The notes beneath the pieces are model-generated. The model made no database searches. It was not told the DNA's origin and worked only from the letters and a program-made list of their open reading frames with translations. Shown here piece by piece: positions 13,020-27,152 of a stretch of 64,000 bases of DNA. This DNA is from the human T2T-CHM13v2.0 reference genome, Homo sapiens. Both the position numbers and the translations under genes were made by a program. Numbering within the stretch: the first letter of the stretch is position 1; each line of letters begins with the position of its first letter. The stretch lies in NCBI RefSeq assembly GCF_009914755.1, contig NC_060928.1, one strand, 5' to 3'.

Positions 13020-14500
13020 GTAACAACTTTGTTGAGATATAATTTACATGCCATAAAATTCACCCACTTAAATTACATGATTGGATGACTCAGTATATTT
13101 ACAGAATTGTGCAGCTGTTATTGCAATTTTAGAACATTTTCATCATCACCAAAAGAAACCCCACACTGGCAGGGCGCAGTGGCACACGCCTGTAGTCCCA
13201 GCACTTTGGGAGGCCGAGGCGGGTGGATCACTTGAGACCAGGATTTCAAGACAAGCCTGGGCAACACAGAGAAACCCCATCTCTACAAAAAAATTAAAAA
13301 ATTAGCTGGGTGTGGTGGCATGTGCCTGCAGTCCCAGATACTTGGAGGCTGAGGTGGGAGGATCACTTGAGCCCAGGAGGCAGAGGTTGTAATGAGCCAA
13401 GATGACACAACTGCACTCCAACCTGGATGACAGAGCAAGACTGCATCTCAAAAAAAAAAAAAAAAAGAAACCCTATACCCACCATATCCATTAACAGTCA
13501 CTCTCCATTTTCCCCCAACTCCTCCTCCCTATAATCATAATCTACTGCTATCTCCATAAATTTGACTGTCTGGACATTGATACAAATGAAATCATATCAC
13601 ATGTGGTCTTTTGAGTCTGGTTTCTTTCACTTAGAATAATGTTTTCAAGGTTCATCCATGTTGCATGCAAGGTTCATACATGTAGCATATATCTATCAGT
13701 ACTTCATTCCTTTCTATTGCAAAATAATATTCCACTGTATGGATATCCACATTTTGTTTAATACATTCATCAGTTGATGGACATTTGAGTTGTTACCACT
13801 TTTGGCCATTCTAAATAATGCTGTTATAAACACTCATGTATACGTTTTTGTGTGGATATGTTTTCATTTCTCTCGGGTATTTTTCTAGGAGTAGAATTGC
13901 TGGGTCATTGGTTATTCTACCATCAGAATATATGAAGTTTCCAATTTCTGTATGTCCTCACCAACCCTTGTGATTATCTGTCTTTTTTATTATGGCCACC
14001 CTAGGTGTGATTTTGATTTGCAGTTCCCCAATGGTTAATGATGTTAAGCATCTTTTCATTTGCTCATTGGTCATTTGTGTATTTTCATTGGAGAAATGTC
14101 CATTCAAATCCTTTGCCCATCATAAAATTGGGTTGCCTTTTTATTATTGAGTGTTATGAGTACTTTATGTATTCTGTATACAAGTCCCTTGTTAGATACA
14201 TTGTATGATTTGTAAATGTATTGTCCAATTCCTTGCATCATAGTTTCACTCACTTGATGATATCATGTGTAACATAAAAGTTATAAATTTTGATATTGTT
14301 TATTTTTCTCTTGCATTGCTTGTGTTTTTGATGTCATATCTTAGAAATCATTGTCTAACCTAAGGACATGATTTATGCCTTTGTTTTCTTCTAAGAGTTT
14401 TATAGTTTTAGCTCTTACCTTTAGATCTATGATCCATTTGAGTTAACTATATAGAGAGATAGGGGTCCAAATTGATTATTTTGCATGTAGATTTGCAGTT
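13020..14500 (-). mobile_element. Old L1M (L1MB-like) 3' region interrupted by a sense Alu (13168-13466)
   Basis: ttgagatataatttacatgccataaaattcaccc...; L1 3' UTR/ORF2 end motifs; Alu TSD aaaagaaaccc. Confidence 0.8.
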
Positions 14501-14756
14501 GTCTCCATGTTTTCTTCTGTTAGTATTTGCCGATTATATTTTTCCATTACTTAATTTTCAGACACAATAATAATGGTAATTTAAAAGATATGGGAACTAG
14601 AACAGTTATTCCCATTTTACAAATTTAAGGAAATATCTGAAGTTAATTGAATTATCCAGTGGACTCATGCTGAGGGACAGAAAGTCATGGAAAGGGATGA
14701 TACACAGACATGGTGGATTATAGAATGGAGAGGCTTTGGAAATCCTTGGTCTAACT

Positions 14757-14978
14757 CAGCGTTTCTTAACCTTAGCACTATTGTCATTTGGGGCTGGATA
14801 ATTCTTGGTTGTGGGGGCTGTTCTGAGCATTGTAAGATTCTTAGCAGCATCTCTGGCTTCTACCCAGTAGATGCCCAGTAGCAGCACCTGCCATCCCCAG
14901 TGTAGACCACCAAAAATGTGCCCAAGACACTGCCAAATGTCTCCTACAGTGCAAGTATCCCTACAGCTGAAACTACTG
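14757..14978. mobile_element. MER20 (hAT-Charlie MITE)
   Basis: cagcgtttcttaaccttagcactattgtcatttggggctggataattctt...gaaactactg. Confidence 0.85.
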
Positions 14979-15073
14979 GTCTAACTACGAAATTTATTTC
15001 CCACATATTTTCTATAACCTCTCACACAGCAGTTAAATGGTTAAGTGTTAAAAAAAATTCTAGATGTTCTGCA

Positions 15074-15106
<33 letters not shown>

Positions 15107-15514
15107 TATTATGGCCTCTGAAAAATGTTTCCACTGGTAGGCAGTTAGCTATCGAAAACGTGGAATAGTAGACTGATACTTGGGGTTAGGGTGCCATGCA
15201 ATCTTGTTATAGCCCTGGATATAGTTGCTATGAACCAATGTATTTGAAAAGTGAGGGAAAAAAACAGCACCTGTCAAAAGTGGTGCCTGATGGATTCCGA
15301 TTTCTGAGGCCCATGAGACACTAAGTCTAGTTGTTAGAATGGTCCAATATGAGCATCATTTCTCCAGAACTCCGGCGATATTTTTTGGGTGTATATGAAT
15401 TGGGGTGCCTTGTCCTACAAAGTGAAAAGATAGTAGACCTACGTTTGACTTATGAACATTTGAATTTTTATATGGACATTTGTTTGTGTTTTCATGTAGT
15501 TGGCAAGACTATAA

Positions 15515-15896
<382 letters not shown>

Positions 15897-16163
15897 TAAC
15901 GCTACTAAACTCAAATCAAAAGAAATTTGCTCAACCCTTTCTAAAACTCTGCATTATTCTAATTTGGAATAAAGCAGACATAGTTTAGGATATGTGCACA
16001 CTGAACTAAGTATCTATATTCACGAAAATACAAAGCCATATATTATACTGATATTTAACTTAAATGTTTATCTAGAATAAACCAGTTGGATAAGGTAACA
16101 TGCACTAGATTCTCCCAGTCTCAAGGTTGCTCCTTTAAGTCATGCAGTGAAATTACTAGTCCT

Positions 16164-16389
<226 letters not shown>

Positions 16390-17286
16390 TTACTAGTCCT
16401 ATTTTTGGCATTTGGGACATCTGGCTCAATACTGGGTATAGTTTAGGGCTATCTTTCGTATTTTGCATCTTTTGTCTAGTCATTTTGCTTTAAAATTTCC
16501 TGTTTAATAATGATATTCAATTATTTTTAGCATCCTTGCATACATAGTAAACTAAAAAGATCACCAGAAACTGATTTCCAGTAGTTGCACTGGCATAGTC
16601 ACAACAAAAAGTATGAAGGAAAAGTCTTGTTTTCTTCGTTAGCCCACAAAAGGAGAAGTCATTTTCCTTAAAGCATCAAAATCAATATTTAATTTCATTA
16701 TGGCTGGGGACAATAATGCACATTGTCAATGTCACTCCGTTCGGATGTACAGGGACTCAGCAATGCAATTTCTAGCCTTTCTATTTCTAGGTGGCATTTT
16801 CCAACTTACTCAACTCTCAGGAGTCCCAGTGCCATTTATTGTGGTTGGGACTCTGCAGGGCGAAACTTCTCCTGGGCTCCCGGTATCTCCTATTAGAGAG
16901 ACTGCTGCGGGTAACAGGGACCGAATTTGCAACCTGTGGGGTGGTGACTGATGGTCCAATGTTCTCGCCACACGCAGGATGAGCCTCGCTGTGAGCCCAC
17001 CACTGTAACCTCAGACCCCACGAGTTCAGCACTCCCTCGAGTCAGGCTTTGCAGAAGCCGGGAGGGCACTGGTCAACCCCACGACCCTCCTTGGGGCCCG
17101 CTCCTGGTTTCTGGGCACCCCTGGGGAGGGGAGCCATCTGGTGCGCGCCACTCCCGGAGGGCGCGAGAAGGAAGCCGGCGCCTCACGCTCAGCTGTCCCT
17201 GGGCGAAGCCGGGCGGGGCGGCGGCGCGGGTCCGAGCGCCCGAGGCGCCGGCGGAGCATGTGACCACGCGGCGCGGGGCCGGGCGC

Positions 17287-17488
17287 GCAGTGCCGCGCGG
17301 TGGCGGCAGTGGGGAGAGCAATGGAGGCCACGGCCGACTGAGAGGCGGGTGCGCTGCTGGTGCTGCTGCCGCGGCGGCTGCTGATGCGGAGGCTGCCGCG
17401 CGCAGTGCCGCCGAGTCCGCCGCCCGCCCGGGACCGCCGGTCGCCGGCCAGCCGCTCTGCCAGCCGGAGCGCCAGGCGGGGACCTCAG
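17287..17488 (+). other. CRACD: First (probably 5' UTR) exon of a large gene, tentatively CRACD/KIAA1211
   Basis: Strong donor CAG|GTGAGC at 17488/17489 inside the CpG island; no recognisable coding exon in the following 46 kb. The TSS is approximate and the gene name comes from recalled synteny only. Confidence 0.5.
17321..17341 (+). other. Short uORF MEATAD*
   Basis: gcaATGGaggccacggccgacTGA, with G at -3 and G at +4 (strong Kozak). Confidence 0.55.
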
Positions 17489-18460
17489 GTGAGCGCCTGC
17501 TCGGCCCGCGGCCGGAGCCAGACAATGGGGACAGGGGCGGGCTTCTCTCCTCCACTCGCGCCCCTCCGGGCCGGGCCCCCGCAGCGCCCCGGGACTCCAG
17601 GGGACCTGGCCCCGGGGGCGTGGGCTCGGCGCGGCGGGCGGTGGGCTTCGGGGCGGTGTCCCCATGTGGGAGGCGCGGACCCTCCCGGAGGAACCTGCGC
17701 GCGGCTTGCGCGCTTTGGATCCCCGCAGGGGAACCTGCCGCCGGGCTGCACCCCGGGAACTTGCGGAGAATATGGGACCTCGCCTGCCTTCTCCTCTTCC
17801 CGCGCCTCGCCATCCTGTCCCCAGGTCCCTGGCTCGGTCCCGACCGCGGCAAGGGCCAGAACCAGACCTCACCGTCCGGGATCGCGGACGCCGTCCGGGC
17901 TCAGCCCTCTCCCCACCGCCCCCGGAGCTGCATTGCTTTGTTTAACCTCTGCCAGACCGTTTCGCACAAACTCTTGTTGCCCCAATTCTGATGAGCCACC
18001 AGTTTGATAGCTGAGGCAAGACAAAGGTTTCCCCTGTTTACCAAGGGCCGGGGCCAGGAGACTGCGCGCTGCCCGTGGTGTAAAATCTGTTTTCTTTATC
18101 TTCGCCCGGGGCTTGTTGCGATGGTTTTCCTGGCACTATAACCGTCCTTTCTTGCAGAGCTCTGTAGTGGCGAGATTGGACCTCCTAACCCTACGGATAC
18201 GGTGGGTGGGGTATGGCTTTTTTTTTTTCATGATTATCAGTAAACAGAAGCCGACTTTGAATTTTATAATATGTGTTCTTGAGTTAGAGACATCGTAATC
18301 ATTTTCTGAATTCTGAATTTTAAGAGAATATATATTTCAAGACACATTGATTCAGTGGAGGGGGAGGGGGAAGAAAACCTAGTAAGTACGACCATGTGTT
18401 GTGAAATTTTAATATGGTTTTAGGAATAATGGCTGGGAAACTGATCTGGTGTAGGTGAGG

Positions 18461-18462
<2 letters not shown>

Positions 18463-18500
<38 letters not shown>
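18463..18500. repeat. (GT)n microsatellite
   Basis: Direct reading. Confidence 0.95.
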
Positions 18501-18502
<2 letters not shown>

Positions 18503-19689
18503 TGGGGGTGGTAAGTGGTGGTGGTGGAGAGGGAGTGGTTAGAATACAAAGGATAAGGCAGTTTTAGAAAAAGATTCTTAGTAAATATCCTATGGCAAAT
18601 TTTTGATTCATTAAGTTGTGAGTTAAATCAATGTTTCCTTTAAAAATCACCTATAGTAATTGTGGAATTATATAAAAAATGGCTAACAGTTCTTTGGCAT
18701 TGTTTGTGACTCAGGAATCTGAATAAAACAGTCAGTTTTGAGTAATTTTTAAAAAGTCAACAAAGAGAAGACTCCTTCACTACTGTCTCCTTTATCCTTT
18801 GGGAAAAGGGAATCCTTGTTCAGTATATTCAAGAGAAAATTGCCTATATGAAAAAAAATTTCAAAGGCAGCTTTGAAAAAGAAACATTTTGAAAAATGTA
18901 ATATGGTTGCATTACAGATCACTTCAACTCAGAAGTGGGCAGGGAAAAAAAATCATGTTACTGGATCGCCCTTTCCACTGTTGATTATTTAAAATGCATT
19001 GTATTCAAAAGCTTAATTTTACAGTCATCTCTAACACATTGAGAAACTTTCACTCTAAAGACTTAGCAGTACTTACCGACCACTGAATTTGGAGGAGGAA
19101 GCTAACACCAACTTGACAATAGGCAATTGGTGTGAGAAACAAAAGCTAGCTCTTGGTAATAGTTCATAGTTCTTCATAAACTACAAAGCACTATAATAAA
19201 TGTAAGTTATTATTATCGCTAGATGAGGAAGCTGTGTTTTACAGTTTTTCTCTTACCCAATTTCAGACCAATTAATTGACATTAATTTGAAATTCTCCAG
19301 GGAAAGGGACAATCTTTTAGTCTTTTTTTGTGGTCCGTATTTCTGATCTGGCACACAGTAGGTGTTCAGTATGTAGTCATGGAAAGAAAGAATGAATAGG
19401 TGAAAAAAATACAAGTGGATAAAACGTGTACAGATGGAATTTGTTTACTTTTTATTCAACGAACATTTACTGAAGGCCTACTGTGTGCCAACAACTGTGT
19501 AGAGGTTTTCCACATACAGTTGATGAAAGCTTGGTGACCTCCTTTTTCAGTCATAGTTGATGTGTGTTTCTTCCAAGAATGGGGTCTCTTGGGTGGTTTT
19601 TTTCATCATTTTAAATCATCTCCTGTAACTGAGTAGCACAATAGAACATTTCACTTGTTGTATGTGCATATAGTTTCTCACAATGGCCT

Positions 19690-20190
19690 GTGGGGAGGCA
19701 GGGCAGATATTATAATTCCCGTTTTGTAGGTGAGGAAATCCAGACATGGCGAGATTAAATGACTTGCCAGCTCCTTGCCACTAAAGCAACAATGCCAGGG
19801 ACAGAAGCTGGATCTCACGCCCAGAGCTTTCTCCCCTGAATCACACAACCTTCTCCAAGATACACTGTACCCCCAGAAAATCACGCTGGAATTAGACCCC
19901 ATGAAAAAGTCTACCTTTTGGATAACTTTTACATAAAGAAAAGGTATATTTTACAACCTAGTACTTAGGGGAGTGGTTAAATACACAAGTTCTCGAGGCA
20001 GGTGATTGAATTTGAGCATTGGCTTTACTGGCTACTAGCTCTGCATCCTTGGCAGGTGATTTAATCTAAGCCTCAGTTTCCTCATCTGTAAAATGGGGGA
20101 AGTAATCCTATTTAGAACATTTTTGTGAGGATCAAATAAAATAATGTGGGCATAGCACAATGTTTAGTACAAACTAAGCACTCAGTGTCA
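19690..20190. mobile_element. Two MIR fragments in opposite orientations
   Basis: ttttgtaggtgaggaaatccagac (19722) and gcctcagtttcctcatctgtaaaatggg (20070) MIR cores. Confidence 0.75.
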
Positions 20191-20244
20191 GCTAATTTTT
20201 ATTTTCATTATTTTAATGTAAAGCAATGGCTTTTAAACTTTTTA

Positions 20245-20375
20245 ATTTTTTATTTTATTTTTATTTTTTTAAAGAGGTGAGGTCTCACTGTGTTGCCCAG
20301 GCTGGTCTCAAGCAATCCTCCTGCCTTGGCCTCCCAAAATACTAGGATTACAGGCATGAACCACTGCGCCCAGCC
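20245..20375 (-). mobile_element. Alu monomer (FLAM-like)
   Basis: Single antisense monomer with T-tail. Confidence 0.8.
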
Positions 20376-22369
20376 TAAACTTTTATTTTTGCACAGTAAG
20401 AGATGCATTTTACTTTGCCACCCAGTATACAGATACATTGTAAATATCTGTAATTAAAAAATTCATGAAGTAATGCTTAGACTTTGAATGTGCAATGCAT
20501 TCTTATATTTTTTATTCTATTTTATTTAAAAAATGTTGGTTGAGATCGCTAAATGATTTCACATCCCATTAATGGGTCAGGAACTACGCTTTGAAAAGCA
20601 CTAATGCTAAGGATAATCAGGTTAAGTGCATTTAAGAAAGCTGTTGTTGAATCTTTATTTCTTTTCTTCAAATGGTTTACAACATCAATTGGAGTTTGAA
20701 TACTAAATTACATTTAAAAATAAGTTCTTAAACATTTCTTGGGAATTACCATCATTTATTGAATATTTCTCATGGTCACGTTACTGTGTGCTAAGTAGTC
20801 TATTTATATATGTTATCTAATTTAGTTCTCACAACAGCCCTGTAAGTAGGCCTTGTGTTTACATTTGATAATTGAAATTAAGACTCAGAGAGCTTTTTAT
20901 TAACTTGCCCAAGGTCCTAAATTTAGAGAGGGATGAAGCAAAGATTCAAACTGAGTTCTCTCTGATCCCAAAGCCTGTCTGCCCTCTTAACCCCCATGGT
21001 TTTCTGATGTTCCCTCATAGTGATTTCTGAAGATGTTTCATTTCTTCCTTAACATAAATTTGAATGTCGATATTGAGAATTTACCCATTGTGGTACATCT
21101 TTTGTAGTTTCCTTTGAAATGACTCATTTCAAGTCAGTTTTCAACTTAGGGAAGTTAAGGAAGCATAACGTAATTCTTTCTGGCTTTAGCTGGTCTTTGA
21201 TGTAAATATTTTGTAAGAGCTTCTCAGGTTTTTGTGATAGAGTCAATTAATTGGTCATTTTTATTGAGCATCCAAAGGTTTAATATATCTTCCTAAGAGA
21301 CATGAAATAGCTGTGTAACTATAAAAAGACTTCATTACGAATGAATGTCGGCTTTTGTTAAGGCACAAAATGAAGCCTTACAAGCTACAAAAGAGTACTT
21401 CATAGTGTATTGATTGGTCTTAAAATCACAAGGTGCTAAAAGTATTTACTTTGTAAAGTACTTTAAGAAACCACCACCAAGTATCCTATTAGCGTTTTTT
21501 GTTTTTTGGTTTTTCAGTTCTTTACACGTTTCCTATGTGTATTTGTAGCAGTATTTTAATTTTAATATTTTGATATTTCTAGGACTTCCCTCTTTGAAAC
21601 ACATTGTCAGGAAGAATTAAGGCGTTTTTCAGGAAATATATTTTATAAATAATACTTAGAATACACAAATAGATGCTTTTATATAATAAAGGCAAATTTC
21701 ACTTTTTTTTTACATTTATATCTTCTACATTAAAACACCTATGGTGTCTGGTTTGCATTATTGCTATTATATGTAGGAGTGTAACTCATAAATAACATGA
21801 TTACCAGGTGCCTAAAAATGTATAAATATGCCACTGCTCTTGCATTATAGCTTTGGATACTCTTGTGTGCATGAGGCTTTAAACTTTTAACCATATATTT
21901 AAACAGTTTATTTGTTGAATTAAGGTTAGTGTTTTCAAAGCTGACAATTTAAAAATCTGAATTTGTGTAGATCATGATGATATGTTAGACAAAGAACAGT
22001 AGTTTCATGGTTTATTTATGTGGTTTGAGTAGCCATATATTTCTGTTCATCAGTCTTTTTAAATTAAGATTTGATGTAAACAAATATAGATATAATTGCA
22101 TTTATTTTTGAACATCAGATTTCATCCTTAGGCTGGCCCTCAAAATATACTTTGCAGCTAATGAAATTGTGTAAAGTTGCAGCAAGCCTGTGTTTTATGC
22201 GTATTTATTAATTCTGTCTACTACTTGACCCTTAGTGGATTGTTACAGTTTTTGTGAGCATCAGGACATGGCCCACTTATTGGGTGGTCATTGTAATTTG
22301 TATGTTCAGGCAGATACAAAACTTGGCTACCTTTACATTTTGTGTCCTGTTTATTCTTTTATTCATTTA

Positions 22370-22660
22370 TGTTTTTATTTATGTATTTCTAGGGTCTTGC
22401 TCTGTCACCCAGGCTGGAGTGCAGTGATGTAACCATGGCTCACTGCAGCCTCTACCTCCTGGGCTCAAGTGATCCTCCTAGCTCAGCCTCCTGAATAGCT
22501 GGGACCATAGGCGCATGCCACCACATCTGGTTAATTATTTTTTGTAGAGATGTGGTCTCTCTCTGTTTCCTAGGCTGGTCATGAACTCTTGGGCTCAAGT
22601 GATCTACCTGCCTTGCCTCAGCCTCCCAAAGTGCTGGGATTACAAGCGTGAGCCGCCACT
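22370..22660 (-). mobile_element. AluJ
   Basis: Antisense diverged dimer. Confidence 0.9.
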
Positions 22661-23929
22661 CAGTGGCTCCTTTTTATCCTGATGTGATAATTCATAGAGA
22701 TAAGAACGAAATCAATTTAGATATTAATTTATTCTGGTGGCTTTAAGGCAGATGCATATGCATATTTTAGGTTTACATAGATGTATGATTTTCACACATA
22801 TATGAGAAGTACCAGATTATAAACTCTTCTCTAAAGTAAAGAAATACATATTAAGTAACTTTGTGGAAATAAAAAAACTGAGTAACAACCCTGAAGAGAT
22901 GTTTTTATAGTCACATGTTGTCAGCCTTATAGTCACATGTTATCAGACATATTTAAGAAGCCAAATAGAACAACCATATGTAAAAGCTTTTATATGTGAA
23001 AAAGTGATACCATTTAAAATGTCAGAAATGGAAACATAAATATTTCAGTCAGATTTTTAAAGTCTTCACCAGGTCTTTCAGATGTTTCCAGTGTTTTTCA
23101 AGTGGCGTACTTAGGGGATTGAGAAGAAATGTCGAAAAACTTGCTTTTGAAACTGGTACTGTATTCAATATGAATTGAGGAAAAGACACAGAAGCTGCGT
23201 CCCTGAAACACTTTAAAAAATATTTAAATCAGAAGTAAATTTAGCCCACTAGAAACGGTTGTTAGAATAGAGTTTAAGAGCAGGTAGCAGCTGCTAAGAG
23301 GAATTAGAAAAAGGAAGGACAAATTGCTAAAAAGGCATTTTGTTTTTACCAGGGAAGGTAAGAACGATCTTATCTGGAGGCTCACTGGCCTCACCCCACT
23401 CACCTGGGGAGGGATTGGCTGGCAAGAAGGAAGATAAGGAGACAGGGAGCGGGAAACAGGTTGTCTGAAAACTTGATTATTATTTAAATCTAGGATAAGC
23501 CGGATTCAAGGAATAATCTGCGAAAATTCTTGTATATAATTGTTAACCCCTTGTTAACAATGGGCTGTTTCCTCACTTGGGAGAAATAAAAAGGAGAGGC
23601 CATAGTCCCAAGATCACCATTTGTGAAAGAGGAAACATCATTACTCCAAACCCCATTGCCAATACCATTTATGGTCTCGGGTGGGGGCCACAGCTCATGT
23701 TCTTAGGGAAGATTGTGACAGATCCAGCAGGGCTGTTAAGACACTGCTGGTGAATTCTAGGCTGCCCTAAATGATTGCAGTCAGGATTTTTCTTCATTTT
23801 GAAAAGTTTTTAATACATTTAGAATGACTTTCTCTCCACCAGAGTGTCACTGTGACAGAGGCAGTGGGCTTTCCTGCTTTATTTACGATGCACCTGGCCA
23901 TGCAAGTTTGTGATGGGTTAACTGTCTTC

Positions 23930-24150
23930 TAGAGTTAATGAGGTCAGGGTCACAGGTTCAATTCTTGGGAAGACCAGTTAGCTTTGCTTTGTTCTGTGAG
24001 CGCATATTGTACTCTTAACCCAGGCCAGCCATCTGGTGAAGGCAGATCATTGATCACAAAGGCATTAATAAGCAAGACAGTGTGGGAGCAGCAGCATGAA
24101 TCTTTCTCATGGATGTTGAGTAATTAGAGAAACAATTCCAAAAGCCTGTG
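23930..24150 (+). mobile_element. MamSINE1-like ancient tRNA-derived SINE
   Basis: taatgaggtcagggtcacaggttcaattc (tRNA B-box-like) then ccagttagctttgctttgttc...taacccaggccagcc. Confidence 0.6.
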
Positions 24151-24596
24151 CACATTTGTATTATTTTTATAGCATTATCTTAATAGATAGAAGATAACAT
24201 GGTTATCAAATATTTTTCTTTGCCATTTCTGTTGAACTTTCATCTGAACAGTTGTCTTTTCAAGTTATGATTTTTGAGATGTCTCATTCATTCAGTAGTT
24301 ATACTTTGTTCTGAGTATTCTTAATCTCCCTGGAGGTTTGTAGGACAGTGACTGTGGCAGTGAGAACAGTCATGCTAAAAGCAGTAGATCAAACCACCTA
24401 GTTGTTTACAGATCGAATTCCACTGAGTTTAAAAAGTTTAAAAAAAGCAAAACACCATTTTGAATGAGGGTAAACAGACTAAGAAATTTAGGAAAATGCT
24501 TTATACTTCTTCTAAGTAGACCTTGATCTGAAAATCTGTCATTCCCTTTATTAAAATAACTTCTAGTGTTAAGAGAAATATCAGAGATCATCTAGG

Positions 24597-25357
24597 CCTG
24601 TGCTGCCCTATACGGTCCTGCTGGTCCCATGTGGCTAGTCCGAATGGAGATGTGCTATCAATTTAAAATTCATACTAGGGCCAGTGCTATGGCTCACACC
24701 TGTAATCCCAGCCTTTGGGAGGCCAAGGCCAGGAATTCCAGACCAGCTGGGCAACATGGCAAAACCCTGTCTCTATAAAAAAAAAAACCAAAAAAAAAAA
24801 CAAACAAAAAAAACACCCTCTCCCCGAAAAACCAAAGTTAGCTGGGCGTGGTGGCACATGTCTGTGGTCCCAGTTACTTGGGGCTGAGGTGGGAGGATTG
24901 CTTGAGCTAGGGAGGTTGAGGCTACAATGAGCCTGTCTCAAAAATAAAATAAAATAAAATAAAATAAAAAAGTACATACTAGTGCTGGGCCTGGTGGCTC
25001 ATGCCTATAATCCCAACACTTTAGGAGGCTGAGGCAGGTGGATCCCTTGAGCCCAGGAATTGGACACCAGCCTGGGCAACAAGGTAAAAGTCCTGTTTCT
25101 ATTTTCTTCTTTTAAAAAACCAACATACTGGATTTGAAACATTTGGTGTGAAAAGAGAATGCAAAATATGTCATTAATAGTTTTTTAATGTTGATTACAC
25201 GTTGAAGTAATAGTTTTGACTATGTTGGATTGAATAAAATATTGTTAAAATTAATGTTACCATTTTTTTACTTTTAAAATGTATCTACTAAGAAATTTAA
25301 AATTACATATTTGGCTCACATTTGTGGCTTGCATTATGTTTCTGTTGGGCAGTGCTG
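24597..25357. mobile_element. MER33 hAT MITE interrupted by a sense AluJ (24679-24970) and a monomer (24984-25110)
   Basis: atgtggctagtccgaatggagatgtgct...aaatttaaaattacatat..ggctcaca...gggcagtgctg. Confidence 0.75.
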
Positions 25358-25816
25358 GTCTAGTCCAACCCTCATTTTACTGATGAGAAGGCTAAGGTTC
25401 AGAGGTGAGTAACTGAGCTGAATTCTTTCCATTGCCTGTAGTCTCTCCCTGCTAATAGGTTAGGGGCTCAGGAAGACTGAAACTCTGAACCACAAGAGGA
25501 CCATTTAGTGCATGGCAATTGTATGTTGCAAGATCTGTGCCTAAGCCATTGCCTGTTAGGTGTTTACTAGTTGTGTGTGTGTATGTGTATATTCACCGTG
25601 CCAGTTGTGTGTGTACACACATACACCTAGTGGAGGGCTTTGTTTATTTATAATGTAGATGTTTAGGCTTAGTTTTACCTTCCTCTGTAGGTCAGAGGTC
25701 CTGCATTAAAATATTAGACATTAACAGTTGTGACAGGGGTAAATAAGATATGGTGCTCATTTAAGTCAGCACTTTCATATGTACTTCCTATTACCAGAGG
25801 ATTTCAGATAGGTTGG

Positions 25817-26365
<549 letters not shown>

Positions 26366-27152
26366 TCAGATAGTTTTGAGTGAGCCTTGATGGACAAAGC
26401 AGCAATGCTTTCAGGCTGAATCATTTTTGGAAGGAGGAGAACTGAGATGAAGGGAGGTCTTTTGCCTGTGTTCTGAAGAAAGCATACGAACCGTGAGTGA
26501 CTGTTTCTTAACCACAGATGCTCCTGACGTTCCAGTCTGGAAAGAATGGCCAGGGTTGGCTGGTGCAAAAGCCATGGCCTCAGAATGTAGGCTTCCTGTC
26601 AGTTTTGTGAGCATAATGGTCTTTAACTAGCAAAGATAAAAAGGAGGAGAACTTCATGATCAAAATTTTTTGTCTGCTATTTTTAGTTGAGATTTGTATT
26701 TCCTAATCAACATAGGCAGCTCAGATGTGACTGTAGTGATTAGCATCTTAAAGATGTTTACTTTATGCAGCTTCTGCACTAGCCTTTCCTTTTGGCTCAT
26801 GCAGTGTCCCAAGTCACTTAATTTGTCATCGGTGGCCCAGTGACAACTAGTGAACAACAATTTTGTCAGGGAACCTCCGACACTTCAATTAATTTCATAA
26901 TCCATACTAGAAATTAACCTTTATGAATCTGTCCATTGAGAAGGGCCACTGTGCATTGTGAAGGTTGGAGGAATGTTGGTTTATAAAAATATTTACAGAT
27001 TATCATTTTTCTTTTTTTTTGTCTGTTACAAACAACCCCGGTTGATCCTAGATACAGACAAATAAAGCAAGACAGCAATCTCTGAATGGTTACCTTCAAG
27101 CAGGCAAAATAAGTAACTGTGTCCTTTGTTTTGAAGTTTAATGAAGATTTCC

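Larger units (their letters stand above)
16950..18120 (+). promoter_or_regulatory. CpG island promoter (TATA-less)
   Basis: Very GC- and CpG-rich against an AT-rich background; GC box gggcggggcgg 17211-17221; E-box CATGTGAC 17257-17264; Inr-like gcAgt near 17289. Confidence 0.9.

Noticed and set aside
16951-18007. Long overlapping ORFs (346, 259, 227, 215 aa) on both strands
   Set aside because: They lie in the CpG island where stop codons are rare, are Ala/Arg/Pro/Gly low-complexity, run through the splice donor and resemble no protein family.
23930-23975. Possible tRNA gene
   Set aside because: Only a degenerate B-box; no cloverleaf can be folded; better explained as a SINE head.
26415-26492. 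Possible exon (tttcag| ... ACC|GTGAGT)
   Set aside because: Good donor but a very short pyrimidine tract and no other support.
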